A stretch of 64,000 bases of DNA from a candidate division WOR-3 bacterium. Lineage in GTDB: Bacteria > Hydrothermota > Tepidihabitantia > Tepidihabitantales > Tepidihabitantaceae. Position numbers and translations under genes: made by a program. The stretch covers positions 1 to 64,000 of the forward strand of contig JBBISL010000004.1 in assembly GCA_037441285.1 (NCBI GenBank), read 5' to 3'. The notes beneath the pieces are model-generated. The model was given only the letters and a program-made list of their open reading frames with translations, did no database searches and was not told the origin of the DNA. Positions 27,766 through 37,079 of the stretch are shown piece by piece (within the stretch, counting starts at the first letter, position 1; each line of letters begins with the position of its first letter).

Positions 27766-29973
27766 ATGCGGTTCGTTATTCCCCTCCTATTTATCTTTAC
27801 AATTGTCTTTGCCCAGTGGACCGCTATCGGACCTGCTGGTGGTCCGGTTTACTCCGGCGGTATCAGTCGCACCAATCCTCCGGTCATTTACTTCTCACCC
27901 TATGCCTACCCGACAAAATTGTTAAAGTCCACCGATGGTGGCACAACCTGGGAGTTTACCAATGGTAGTCTCAGCACCTACCCGCGGGATATTATTGTTC
28001 ACCCCAGCAATCCTGATATCGTTTACGCCCTGACCGGTTCTGCCATTTACAAAACAACCAACGGTGGTGCTTCCTGGACCATTAATTCAATCCCTTCCAA
28101 TCACTACTTTTTCACATTCACTATCAACCCGCTGAATCCGGATGAACTTTTCGCCGCCGGGTATAATTACACCGGCGGTGCCGCCCGATTGGCATTTGCT
28201 CGCAGCACCAATGCCGGTGTCAACTGGACTACTGCTATTTGTGATACGACATCGGCTTCCTATGGTTATTCAATTGCCGTTGACCCGATTGATACAAATG
28301 TCGTATATGTCGGTGGCTATCGCAGTAATGGAGGCACTACAACACTCTATCGTTCGTTCGATAAAGGAGAAACCTGGGAAGAAATCGCTCTGGGTATCAA
28401 TGGTTATTATCCCTATGCCATTCACATCAATCCGGCAAACAACAACATTATTCTGATCGCTCCTTACTCAAGCGGAATCTACCGTTCCACCGATCGCGGT
28501 GCAAGCTGGACCCGGGTCTCAGCCCTCACCAGTGTCTACCGAATAGTTAACGCTTCAGGAGAACCAGCGACCGTTTATGCCACAAACAGTGGTGGTATCT
28601 ATAAAAGCACCGATTCCGGTCTAACCTGGACAAGGATTGGAACTACTGTGCTCGGCACACCTTACTACTGCCTCCTTACAAATCCTGTTGAACCAGGCAC
28701 AGTTTATCTTGGCACCAAGGTTGGCTTATACCGTTCTACTGACTACGGTGTCACCTGGGAGAATACCACAACCGCCATCTCCTTTAATAAAACTACGGTA
28801 ATTGCCCTTGCCGCTGATGACGCTACCATGTATACCGAATGCCTTGACAATGCCGTCTACCGTTCAACCGACAATGGTGCATCCTGGGAACGGTGCCCGG
28901 AGTTTCTCTCCTGCGGCAACATCTGCGGAATAGCTGTCCATCCTTCTGACCCGCAAACCGTCTGGGCGCTTGAAGGGTCAGGTTGAGGCAACGCTGAGCT
29001 CTTTAAGAGCACAGACGGCGGGTCCGTCTGGACACAGGTTGAAAGTTATCTGGTTGATGGTGCCACCCTTGCCATTTCGCCCCACAATCCCGATATGATC
29101 TTTACAGCCGGTTACGGCTATATCAACAGTGTCTATCGAATTCAGACCTCTTATAGCACAAATGGCGGTACCACCTGGAACCATGATACCCTTGAGGATT
29201 CGGTTGCCCGTGTTAATGCCCTGATTTTTGACCCTTATGAACCAAACCGCATTTTTATGGGCGGCGACTCAATGTACTCCTACAAACTCCTTCTGGTAAG
29301 CACTGACCTGGGTACAACCTGGAGCCACACCGGAAATGGCTTAACCGGCACGGTTTATTGTCTCGCTGCTGCACCAACCACCCCTGGGCTGTTCTTTTCT
29401 GGTACCAGTCAGGGGCTGTTTTTCTCCACTGATTACGGCAACAATTGGACTCGCACCGGCACCTTCAGCTATGTCAAAGCGATTTGCGTCTATCCGGAAA
29501 ATGAAAGCATTGTCTATGCCGGCACAAACAACGGCGTTTATATCACAACAAATGGTGGCACGGTCTGGCAGCAGATTAACGAAGGGTTACTCAACCTCAA
29601 TGTCGTTGCGCTTGCTTTACGCACCGGTGCAAACCCTACAGTTTTCGCCGGAACCAGTGGCGCGGGAATTTTTACAACCTCACCACCCACCGGTTTTGCT
29701 CAACAACAACCAGCAGCATCACGGGCGCTTAAACTGACACCCAACCCATCTCGCGGATCCATCAGGTTAATTGGCTTAACCCGGACCGAAAATGAAATCT
29801 CCTGTTTAATCTATGACCGCACCGGACGACTCCTGCTTTCGAAAACACCGCAACCGACAATAGATAATAACGCCTGGTATATCGATTTGCACCACTTACC
29901 CTCGGGCACTTACTTCCTCGGTATCAAAGATGGTCATCAAACGGTGTTTCAGTCATTAATAATATCAAAGTAG
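27766..29973 (+). CDS. Secreted BNR/Asp-box (YCF48/VPS10-like) beta-propeller protein with T9SS-like CTD; one in-frame TGA (codon 407), candidate selenoprotein of 735 aa
   Basis: SD AAGGAG + ATG 27766. Track ORFs 27565-28986 and 29095-29973 are in the same frame, and the 36 codons between them are open and contain an Asp-box (KSTDGGSVW). C-terminal TPNP...YDRTGR...LPSGTYF. Confidence 0.75.
29012..29030 (+). promoter_or_regulatory. Candidate bacterial SECIS hairpin
   Basis: Perfect 7-bp stem CAGACGG/CCGTCTG with loop CGGGT starting 33 nt after the TGA at 28984-28986. Confidence 0.55.
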
Positions 29974-30008
29974 GAGAGGCGAACGGTTTTAGCAACTCTT
30001 TAAATCAG

Positions 30009-30036
30009 TTGACGGTAACCGGAAAAGTGCTATCTT
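30009..30036 (+). promoter_or_regulatory. xerC promoter (TTGACG-N16-TATCTT, TG extension), likely leaderless
   Basis: GTG start 6 nt after the -10, no SD. Confidence 0.6.
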
Positions 30037-30042
30037 GAACTG

Positions 30043-30945
30043 GTGGCATTGACAGAACATTACGAGCGTCATTTAACAAACTTTCTTAACTACTTAGAAA
30101 AAGAACGCCGCTTTTCTCCCCACACGGTCCGCTCGTACGAAGTGGACCTCCGCCAGTTCTTTGACTTCTGTACTGAACAACTTGGGGCAAAAGCAGTTCA
30201 ACAACTCACCCGCTCTGACATTCGGGACTTCCTGGGCGCGGTTCTCCGCTACGGCTACACTGGAAAAAGTGCTCTCCGAAAGTTGTCCTGCCTTAAATCA
30301 TTCTTTCGTTATCTCATCTCTACCGGAGATATTATTCAGAACCCTGCCCGTGGCATAAAAGGACCACCGGTCGAAAAGCAACTCCCCCCCTTTATCACTC
30401 AGGTGCAAATCGCCCAGGTTCTGAACAGTGTAGACGATTCACCCCGAACGCTACGCACCGCTGCCATTCTTGAAACAATCTACGGCTCAGGTTTACGCGC
30501 TTCAGAACTTGTCGGACTCAACCGTTCTGACATCGACTTTGAGCACAACACAATCCGGGTTCGGGGTAAAGGGGGTAAAGAACGGCTCCTGCCCCTGGGA
30601 AGTAAGGAGAAATCGGCTTTGCAAAAATACCTTGCGGTACGGGGCTATCCGGACGCGGAACCGCTATTCCTCAACAACCAGGGTAAAAGGCTCACCACCC
30701 GTTCAGTTCAAAATATCGTACGGCAGGCTTTAAGCCAGATTGCTGGTATCACCGCCACTAATCCTCATGCCCTCAGACATGCCTTTGCCACCCATCTCTT
30801 AGAACGCGGTGCCGACCTGCGAGCGGTTCAGGAACTCCTTGGTCACTCCTCGTTATCGTCCACCCAGGTTTACACCCATCTTACCGTTGAACGTTTACGC
30901 AAGATTTATGACAAAGCCCACCCGCGCTCCGGTACTAAGAAGTAG
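30043..30945 (+). CDS. xerC: Tyrosine recombinase XerC-like
   Basis: SPHTVRSY..DL, YGSGLRASEL, GKGGKER, PHALRHAFATHLL..GADLRAVQELLGHSSLSSTQVYTH, YDKAHPR. Confidence 0.9.
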   Translation: MALTEHYERHLTNFLNYLEKERRFSPHTVRSYEVDLRQFFDFCTEQLGAKAVQQLTRSDIRDFLGAVLRYGYTGKSALRKLSCLKSFFRYLISTGDIIQNPARGIKGPPVEKQLPPFITQVQIAQVLNSVDDSPRTLRTAAILETIYGSGLRASELVGLNRSDIDFEHNTIRVRGKGGKERLLPLGSKEKSALQKYLAVRGYPDAEPLFLNNQGKRLTTRSVQNIVRQALSQIAGITATNPHALRHAFATHLLERGADLRAVQELLGHSSLSSTQVYTHLTVERLRKIYDKAHPRSGTKK

Positions 30946-30957
30946 GTTGAAACATCA

Positions 30958-31402
30958 TTATAAAATTTTTACCCGGCACCGGGGTAACTTCCGCCCTTTC
31001 CATGAAGTTTTCCCCAAAATTGTTAATAAAACCGAAGCAAACCCCAACCCGCTGGCAACAGTCATAGCCAGGGGATAAAGCAAAATAACCTTGCGGGGTA
31101 ATTTTATTTTCATTACTACAATTGTCCAGATTATTATGGCAAGTAATACCGTGCCAACTGCGGCATAGAATTGACCGTTAAAATCCCCCCTGATCAATCC
31201 CATCCCAACCTCCACTAATGGATGCCAGGTTATCAATAACATCCAGCACCAGACAAACAGCGCCGGTATCAAACGATAATCAAAAATTGCAAAAAAGTTC
31301 TTGCTAAAACCCCGCAATGCCGAAACCAACCCTTCGTACATTCGGGTTGAAACGCAGTCGCTGGCGTCTATCATTCGCCATTTCATTCCCGCCTTTTTGC
31401 TC
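30958..31402 (-). pseudogene. C-terminal remnant of a GT2 glycosyltransferase (CrtQ-like)
   Basis: V.TRMYEG...RGFSKNFFA.FDY, TM helices, SWKGR tail; no N-terminal catalytic domain and no credible start. Confidence 0.65.
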
Positions 31403-31528
31403 CGCTCCTGGATTACCATCACCCACACTCCTCAAATCTCGCCCCCTAAACCGTGCCAGCCATAATGAAAACATAAGTGAACCAGAACAGAATGAAATAA
31501 GCGGGAACAGCAAGCGGATAACCCTCAA
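31403..31528 (-). pseudogene. N-terminal remnant of a PlsY-like glycerol-3-phosphate acyltransferase
   Basis: SGSLMFSLWLARFRGRDLRSVGDGNPGA matches the PlsY motif GS.....D.R..G.GNPGA, then breaks off. Confidence 0.6.
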
Positions 31529-32164
31529 CTAACCCTCCGAATTCCCGGGTTGACGCAAATTAAGTTGATAATCGTCGTGACGTTCGTAGATTTTGATACG
31601 CCGGTGCATAATTTCAACTAAAAATTGAGACGCAAATCCATTTTCAGCCTGAACTCCTTCGGCAACCAATATCCCTGAACCAATCCGTAATCAATCACCA
31701 TTTTGGCATCAGTAACAACAAACGACAGGCGCGCCGGGACAAACTCTAACCGAACCACATCTCCTGAATTGACCCTTACATAACCTATGCCCCTGATGTA
31801 ATAATCATCGGCACGTCGGGGAATAAATTTTACCATTGCGACACTTTCCCCTTGCCAAACTTTGGTACCGAGTACCTCATAACGATAGCCGTCTCTTGTT
31901 TTCAAGAAAAAAGGGCATCCTGGTCTGACGCGCTATCAGCCCCTTTTTCACTAAATTCTGAGAGACCTGTATCTTTTCTCGCCCGGAACCCACACGCCCA
32001 TCAACACTTACTTGCAGAAAATCATACTCCTGATAAGTAAAGTTTGCATAGTACACGACACCCGCCAGTTCGCTTGCAATCTGACGTTGAGGAAGGAATA
32101 TTCGATTGTTGACCTCTTCTTCATTAAAAGCCCAGAATAAAATTAGCAGCCCAATAAGTGTCAA
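31529..32164 (-). pseudogene. Frameshifted secreted hypothetical protein (two indels)
   Basis: Signal peptide at 32164; frame change near 31900 (MPFF|KTRDGYRYE) and near 31620 (LNF|LVEIMHRRIKIYERHDDY), both in T/A runs. Confidence 0.55.
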
Positions 32165-32244
32165 AAGGCATTATCTTTTTATGCTACCATTTGTCAAGGA
32201 GTTAAAACTTGCCCAACATCTTAATAAGGGTAAACTTGTTTAGT

Positions 32245-33210
32245 ATGGATAGTGGAAAACCACGGGTGGTTTTCTCCGCCTGTTTGGGATTTGAGCACTG
32301 CCGGTACAACGGAGAAATCATCAATGATGATTTTTGTGAGCGCCTAAAACATTATGTTGAACCGGTTCCGGTCTGTCCGGAGAAAGCAATTGGCCTCGGT
32401 GTACCGCGTGAGCCAATCAAAATTGTCTATCAGAACGGCATCCCCCGACTTATTCAACCCGCTACCGGTAAGGACTTGACTGAATCGATGCAACGGTTCG
32501 CTACTGAATTTCTCGGTCAACTGGATGTTGTGGATGGGTTTATTCTTAAATCACGTTCGCCCTCGTGTGGCACCCGTGATGTTAAATCCTACAACGCAGA
32601 CGGCAATCTCAGACCATCGATTCACCGCCGGGGCATCTTTGGTGGCGCAACAATCGAGCGGTTTCCTGATAAACCGGTTGAGGACGAAGGCCGACTGAAA
32701 AATTTCCTCATCCGGGAAAGCTTTCTGACCCGACTTTTCTCCCTATATCGGCTCCGATTATTGCGTTTAGCCCCGTCAATGGGCAATCTCGTGGAATTCC
32801 ACACCACTCACAAACTTCTCTTGATGGCATACGACCAGAATTTGCTTCATCGTTTAGGACGCATCGTCGCGAACCCGGACCATCGACCGCTTCATGAACT
32901 GCTCGATCAATACGAACAACTTTTATCCCACGCCCTTGCGCGACCACCCAAGTACACCAATGCGATCAATGTCCTGCTGCACACGCTCGGTTATTTTTCT
33001 CGTAATCTCAGTGCCGCCGAAAAGGGGTTTTTCCTCGACACCCTGGAAAGTTACCGCGCCGGCCGCCTGCCATTGAGTACCCCGGTCAGCATAATTCGCT
33101 CCTGGATTGTCCGCTTTAATCAACAGTACCTCGTCCGACAGTGGTTTTTCTTCCCCTATCCCGAAGACCTGCGCGACATCAGCGATTCGGGCAAAGGACG
33201 CGACCGATGA
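32245..33210 (+). CDS. DUF523/DUF1722 protein (2-thiouracil desulfurase family + YbgA domain)
   Basis: SACLG...CRYNG, VCPE..IGLGVPR, LKSRSPSCG, EDEGRL, FHTTHKLLLMA. Confidence 0.9.
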   Translation: MDSGKPRVVFSACLGFEHCRYNGEIINDDFCERLKHYVEPVPVCPEKAIGLGVPREPIKIVYQNGIPRLIQPATGKDLTESMQRFATEFLGQLDVVDGFILKSRSPSCGTRDVKSYNADGNLRPSIHRRGIFGGATIERFPDKPVEDEGRLKNFLIRESFLTRLFSLYRLRLLRLAPSMGNLVEFHTTHKLLLMAYDQNLLHRLGRIVANPDHRPLHELLDQYEQLLSHALARPPKYTNAINVLLHTLGYFSRNLSAAEKGFFLDTLESYRAGRLPLSTPVSIIRSWIVRFNQQYLVRQWFFFPYPEDLRDISDSGKGRDR

Positions 33211-34118
33211 CCATTCGTATCGGTTATCCCTGTATAAACCTATCCCTTAACTGCCGTAGTACGAAAACATTCCGTCTCCGCTCTTATTCTGAGGAAAGAT
33301 TCAAAACCACCGTAACAAGTAATCTCGCCTGTCTGGAAGAAACAGTTAAATGGAACATCGAGCACGACATCAAATTCTTCCGCATCAGTTCGGACCTCAT
33401 TCCATTCGCCTCTCATCCTATCTGCACATTCCCCTGGCAAAAGTTTTTTCGTCCTTACTTCCGTCGTTTGGGTTATTATATCCGCGAGCATCGTATCCGG
33501 GTCTCAATGCATCCTGACCAATTCGTTCTCCTCAACGCCCTTGATAAAAGAATTGTCGGCAACTCTATAAGGGAATTAATATATCATGCTCAAGTCCTTG
33601 ACCTCATGCAACTCCCGCCGGATGCTAAAATTCAGATTCATATCGGCGGTGTATACGGTAATAAAGAAAAAAGTATCCAACGATTCGCTCAACAGTTTCA
33701 GAAACTTCCGGCAAATGTCCGGCAGCGATTAGTTGTAGAAAATGATGACCGCTTGTATACCGTGAGCGATTGCCTGAAACTGCACTGTCTTATTAAAATT
33801 CCGGTGGTATTTGACTCTTTCCACCACGAGGTCAATCCCGACGGTACCGATATCAAAACTGCCTTATTGCGTTCCATGCGAACCTGGCGCCGTCGCGATG
33901 GCGTCCCAATCGTTGATTACTCTTCCCAGGAACCAAAAGCTCGTCTTGGCTCTCATGCCCATCACATTAACCAGAAGCATTTTCGCTCTTTCATCGAACA
34001 ACTTCCCAAACATGACTTCGACCTGATGCTGGAGATAAAAGACAAAGAAAAAAGCGCACTGGTGGCTTTGAAACTGTTAAAAAATTTGGTGTATCGGCAA
34101 TACGCTTTTATAGTTTGA
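33207..34118 (+). CDS. uvsE: UV damage endonuclease
   Basis: RIGYPC, FFRISSDLIPFASH, SMHPDQF, IHIGGVYG, ENDD, MLEIKDKE. Confidence 0.95.
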   Translation: MTIRIGYPCINLSLNCRSTKTFRLRSYSEERFKTTVTSNLACLEETVKWNIEHDIKFFRISSDLIPFASHPICTFPWQKFFRPYFRRLGYYIREHRIRVSMHPDQFVLLNALDKRIVGNSIRELIYHAQVLDLMQLPPDAKIQIHIGGVYGNKEKSIQRFAQQFQKLPANVRQRLVVENDDRLYTVSDCLKLHCLIKIPVVFDSFHHEVNPDGTDIKTALLRSMRTWRRRDGVPIVDYSSQEPKARLGSHAHHINQKHFRSFIEQLPKHDFDLMLEIKDKEKSALVALKLLKNLVYRQYAFIV

Positions 34119-34127
34119 TTGAAATAT

Positions 34128-34155
34128 TTGACTGCATTCAAACCAAGCATATAAT
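34128..34155 (+). promoter_or_regulatory. rnf operon promoter (TTGACT-N16-TATAAT)
   Basis: Near-consensus hexamers, -10 ending 13 nt before the rnfC ATG. Confidence 0.7.
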
Positions 34156-34168
34156 TACCACCAATCTT

Positions 34169-35473
34169 ATGGGTAAATTTCGTGGCGGAATTCATCACCG
34201 CGAGCATAAGGAAGCAACCGAATACAAACCGATTGAAGTTGCTCCTTTGCCCCAGCGGGTATCCATTCCTTTATCTCAGCACGCCGGTGCACCTTCGAAA
34301 CCGGTTGTAAAAATAGGCGATAAGGTCCGCACTGGAACTGTCATCGGCGAACCAAACGGCACGATTTCTGTCCCCACCCATTCATCAATCTCCGGCACCG
34401 TCTCGGAGATAAAAGAACTCCCCCATCCACTTACCGGTAGATTCACCACAACGGTCACCATCGACTCCAACCGTCAGGATACTCTCGACGAAAATATCAG
34501 ACAGCGTGATCTCAGCAATATCACCCCTGATGAAATAATTTCCGCAATTCGTAACGCCGGGATTGTCGGATTAGGGGGCGCGGCATTCCCGACTTTTTTT
34601 AAACTGTCTCTGCCCAAAGATAAACCCGTTGACACTCTAATCATCAACGGTTGTGAATGCGAACCATATTTGACCGCTGACCACCGTTTAATGGTCGAAA
34701 AACCGGCAGAGATTATTGAAGGGACCACCTTTATCGCGCGGGCATTGGGCGTAAAAAATGTCATTATCGCCATCGAAGACAACAAGCCTGATGCTATTGC
34801 CGCGATGAAGGAAGCTGCCAGCAAAACCAATTTTACCGTCCAGAGTCTTAAAACTAAATACCCCCAGGGTGCCGAAAAACAGTTAATAAAAGCCTGTTTG
34901 GGTCGCGAAGTTCCTTCCGGTGGACTACCGGCTGATGTCGGCTGTATTGTGCAAAATGTAGGTACTGCAGTAGCAGTGCGGGAGGCGGTCCGGTTCAATC
35001 GACCGCTTTATGAGAGAGTCGTAACTGTCACCGGTTCCGGGGTCTCGGAGCCCAAAAATCTTCTTGTTCGAATCGGAACCCCCGTTAAAGAGTTGATAAA
35101 TTTTTGCGGCGGTTACCGGGGAAAACCGGAAAAACTTATTATGGGTGGTCCGATGATGGGTATCACATTAGCATCGGATGAAGTTCCAGTGTTGAAAGGA
35201 ACATCCGGTATCCTTGTTTTCAACACCGCCGATTTGGCTGAAGAACAGGACTGTATCCGCTGTGGTCGTTGTATTGAAGCCTGCCCGATGGGCTTATCAC
35301 CCACTCGTTTAAACTACCACATCAAAGCCGGAAGACTCGCTCAGGCAAAAAACGAACACCTTCTCGACTGTATTGAATGTGGCTGTTGTGCCTTTGTTTG
35401 CCCGGCAAAGATTCGGCTCGTCCATAACTTTAAATACGGCAAAGCGGAACTCGCACGCACGAAAGGGAGATAA
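34169..35473 (+). CDS. rnfC: Rnf complex subunit C
   Basis: FRGGIH, GIVGLGGAAFPT, NGCECEPYLTAD, YPQGAEK, CIRCGRC, CIECGCC. Confidence 0.95.
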   Translation: MGKFRGGIHHREHKEATEYKPIEVAPLPQRVSIPLSQHAGAPSKPVVKIGDKVRTGTVIGEPNGTISVPTHSSISGTVSEIKELPHPLTGRFTTTVTIDSNRQDTLDENIRQRDLSNITPDEIISAIRNAGIVGLGGAAFPTFFKLSLPKDKPVDTLIINGCECEPYLTADHRLMVEKPAEIIEGTTFIARALGVKNVIIAIEDNKPDAIAAMKEAASKTNFTVQSLKTKYPQGAEKQLIKACLGREVPSGGLPADVGCIVQNVGTAVAVREAVRFNRPLYERVVTVTGSGVSEPKNLLVRIGTPVKELINFCGGYRGKPEKLIMGGPMMGITLASDEVPVLKGTSGILVFNTADLAEEQDCIRCGRCIEACPMGLSPTRLNYHIKAGRLAQAKNEHLLDCIECGCCAFVCPAKIRLVHNFKYGKAELARTKGR

Positions 35474-35475
35474 AA

Positions 35476-36531
35476 ATGGACAACGACGGAGCAACCCAAC
35501 TTATAGTCACATCGTCGCCCCACATCCGCTCGAACGTGACCGTAGCAAAGTTAATGTGGGCGGTTATTATCGCTTTGTTGCCGGCACTAGGCGGTTCAAT
35601 CTACTTCTTCGGTGTTAAAGCGCTCCTATTGATTGTCATCACCACCGCCGCGGCGATTTTATTTGATGCCCTGGGACAACTGATGTTCAGACGCAAGATT
35701 ACCATTGATGATGGTAGTGCCGCAATAACAGGTTTACTTCTTGCTTTTAATTTACCACCCAATGTCCCCTGGTGGCTACCGATTGTCGGTGCCGCTTTCG
35801 CCACCATTGTTGTTAAACAGTTTTTTGGGGGACTGGGCCACAACTTTATCAATCCAGCCCTCGCCGCACGCGCATTCCTCGTCGCTTCCTGGCCCACACA
35901 GATGACTTCTACCTGGCTTGCCCCGCATACCGGCAATGTATCAGGGCTTTCGCCCCAGGCGCTCACACTATGCACCGACGCAATAACCTCTGCAACACCA
36001 CTCAATGTCTTAAAACAGGGCGCCAAACTTCTTTTGCCCGGCTGCGACCCCCAACTACTCTATCAACACCTCCAGTCCTGGGATACAATTAAAAACCTCT
36101 TCTTTGGCAACATCGGGGGTTGTTTAGGAGAAACATCAGCCCTGTTATTGCTTATTGGGGGAATATTCCTGATTGCAACCAGAGTCATTGACTGGCGGAT
36201 ACCACTCTCTTATCTCCTCACCGTTGCCGCACTGGTCCTAATTTTGCCCGGACACAAAACTGCGGTTTTAAACTACACATTATTCCACCTCCTCTCGGGT
36301 GGACTTATACTCGGTGCCTTTTATATGGCAACTGACTATGTGACATCGCCGTTGACTCATAAAGGTCGGGTAATCTTTGGAATTGGTTGCGGAATTCTTA
36401 CCGTTGTTATTCGTCTCTGGGGCGGCTACCCAGAAGGGGTGTGTTATTCAATCATTTTGATGAATGTTGCCACACCGTTAATTGACCGACTCACTTTACC
36501 CCGGGTATTTGGCACAAGGAGAAAGAAATGA
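35476..36531 (+). CDS. rnfD: Rnf complex subunit D
   Basis: SSPHI, KQFFGGLG.N..NPA, SATPL (FMN-Thr), GETS, MATDYVTSP, YPEG. Confidence 0.95.
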   Translation: MDNDGATQLIVTSSPHIRSNVTVAKLMWAVIIALLPALGGSIYFFGVKALLLIVITTAAAILFDALGQLMFRRKITIDDGSAAITGLLLAFNLPPNVPWWLPIVGAAFATIVVKQFFGGLGHNFINPALAARAFLVASWPTQMTSTWLAPHTGNVSGLSPQALTLCTDAITSATPLNVLKQGAKLLLPGCDPQLLYQHLQSWDTIKNLFFGNIGGCLGETSALLLLIGGIFLIATRVIDWRIPLSYLLTVAALVLILPGHKTAVLNYTLFHLLSGGLILGAFYMATDYVTSPLTHKGRVIFGIGCGILTVVIRLWGGYPEGVCYSIILMNVATPLIDRLTLPRVFGTRRKK

Positions 36532-37079
36532 AAGAAAGTAAACTCTGGATGGTTCTTTCTCTATTTATAACCTGCTGTATTGCGGCTTTTGCCCTTTCCC
36601 AGGTTTATGCAATAACAAAGCCGAAAATCGATTACCAGCGACAAGTAGCAGGATTGCGCACCACACTCGGCGCGGTAATGCCCGAAGCGGACCGGTTTGA
36701 ACCGGCAAATTCCGACTCAACAGTCTGGTTTGCCTATGCTGGTGAACAGCGCATTGGCACCGTAATCCGAGCCGCAAAACAGGGTTATGGCGGGCTGGTG
36801 CCGGTTACCGCAGGAATCGACCTTGAAGGCAAAATCGTTGCCATCCGGGTCGCCGGCGCTGCCGAAGGATTAAAGGAAACACCAGGATTGGGACTTAAGG
36901 CAACTGAAGAAAAGTTCCGCGACCAATTCAAAGGCAAGACCTTATCCGAAGTTCGGCTGAAAAAAGACGGTGGTACCATTGAAGCGATAACCGGTGCAAC
37001 AATTACATCTCGGGCAGTAACGGACGCGATTAGGGAAGCGATGGAAAAATATCAGGATATTATTAAAAGCAATGAGTAG
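36528..37079 (+). CDS. rnfG: Rnf complex subunit G
   Basis: GYGG, ETPGLG, ITGATITSRAV. Confidence 0.93.
   Translation: MKESKLWMVLSLFITCCIAAFALSQVYAITKPKIDYQRQVAGLRTTLGAVMPEADRFEPANSDSTVWFAYAGEQRIGTVIRAAKQGYGGLVPVTAGIDLEGKIVAIRVAGAAEGLKETPGLGLKATEEKFRDQFKGKTLSEVRLKKDGGTIEAITGATITSRAVTDAIREAMEKYQDIIKSNE

Noticed and set aside
28984..28986. Genome-wide UGA reassignment (code 4/25) explaining the readthrough
   Set aside because: Many clear genes end in TGA (dat, birA, coaX, rnfD, rnfG, rnfB, nnr, eno), often in ATGA couplings.
25532..30945. selC plus nearby tyrosine recombinase as an integrative island
   Set aside because: The recombinase has housekeeping XerC features (YDKAHPR tail). I saw no duplicated tRNA 3' end and no mobility genes.
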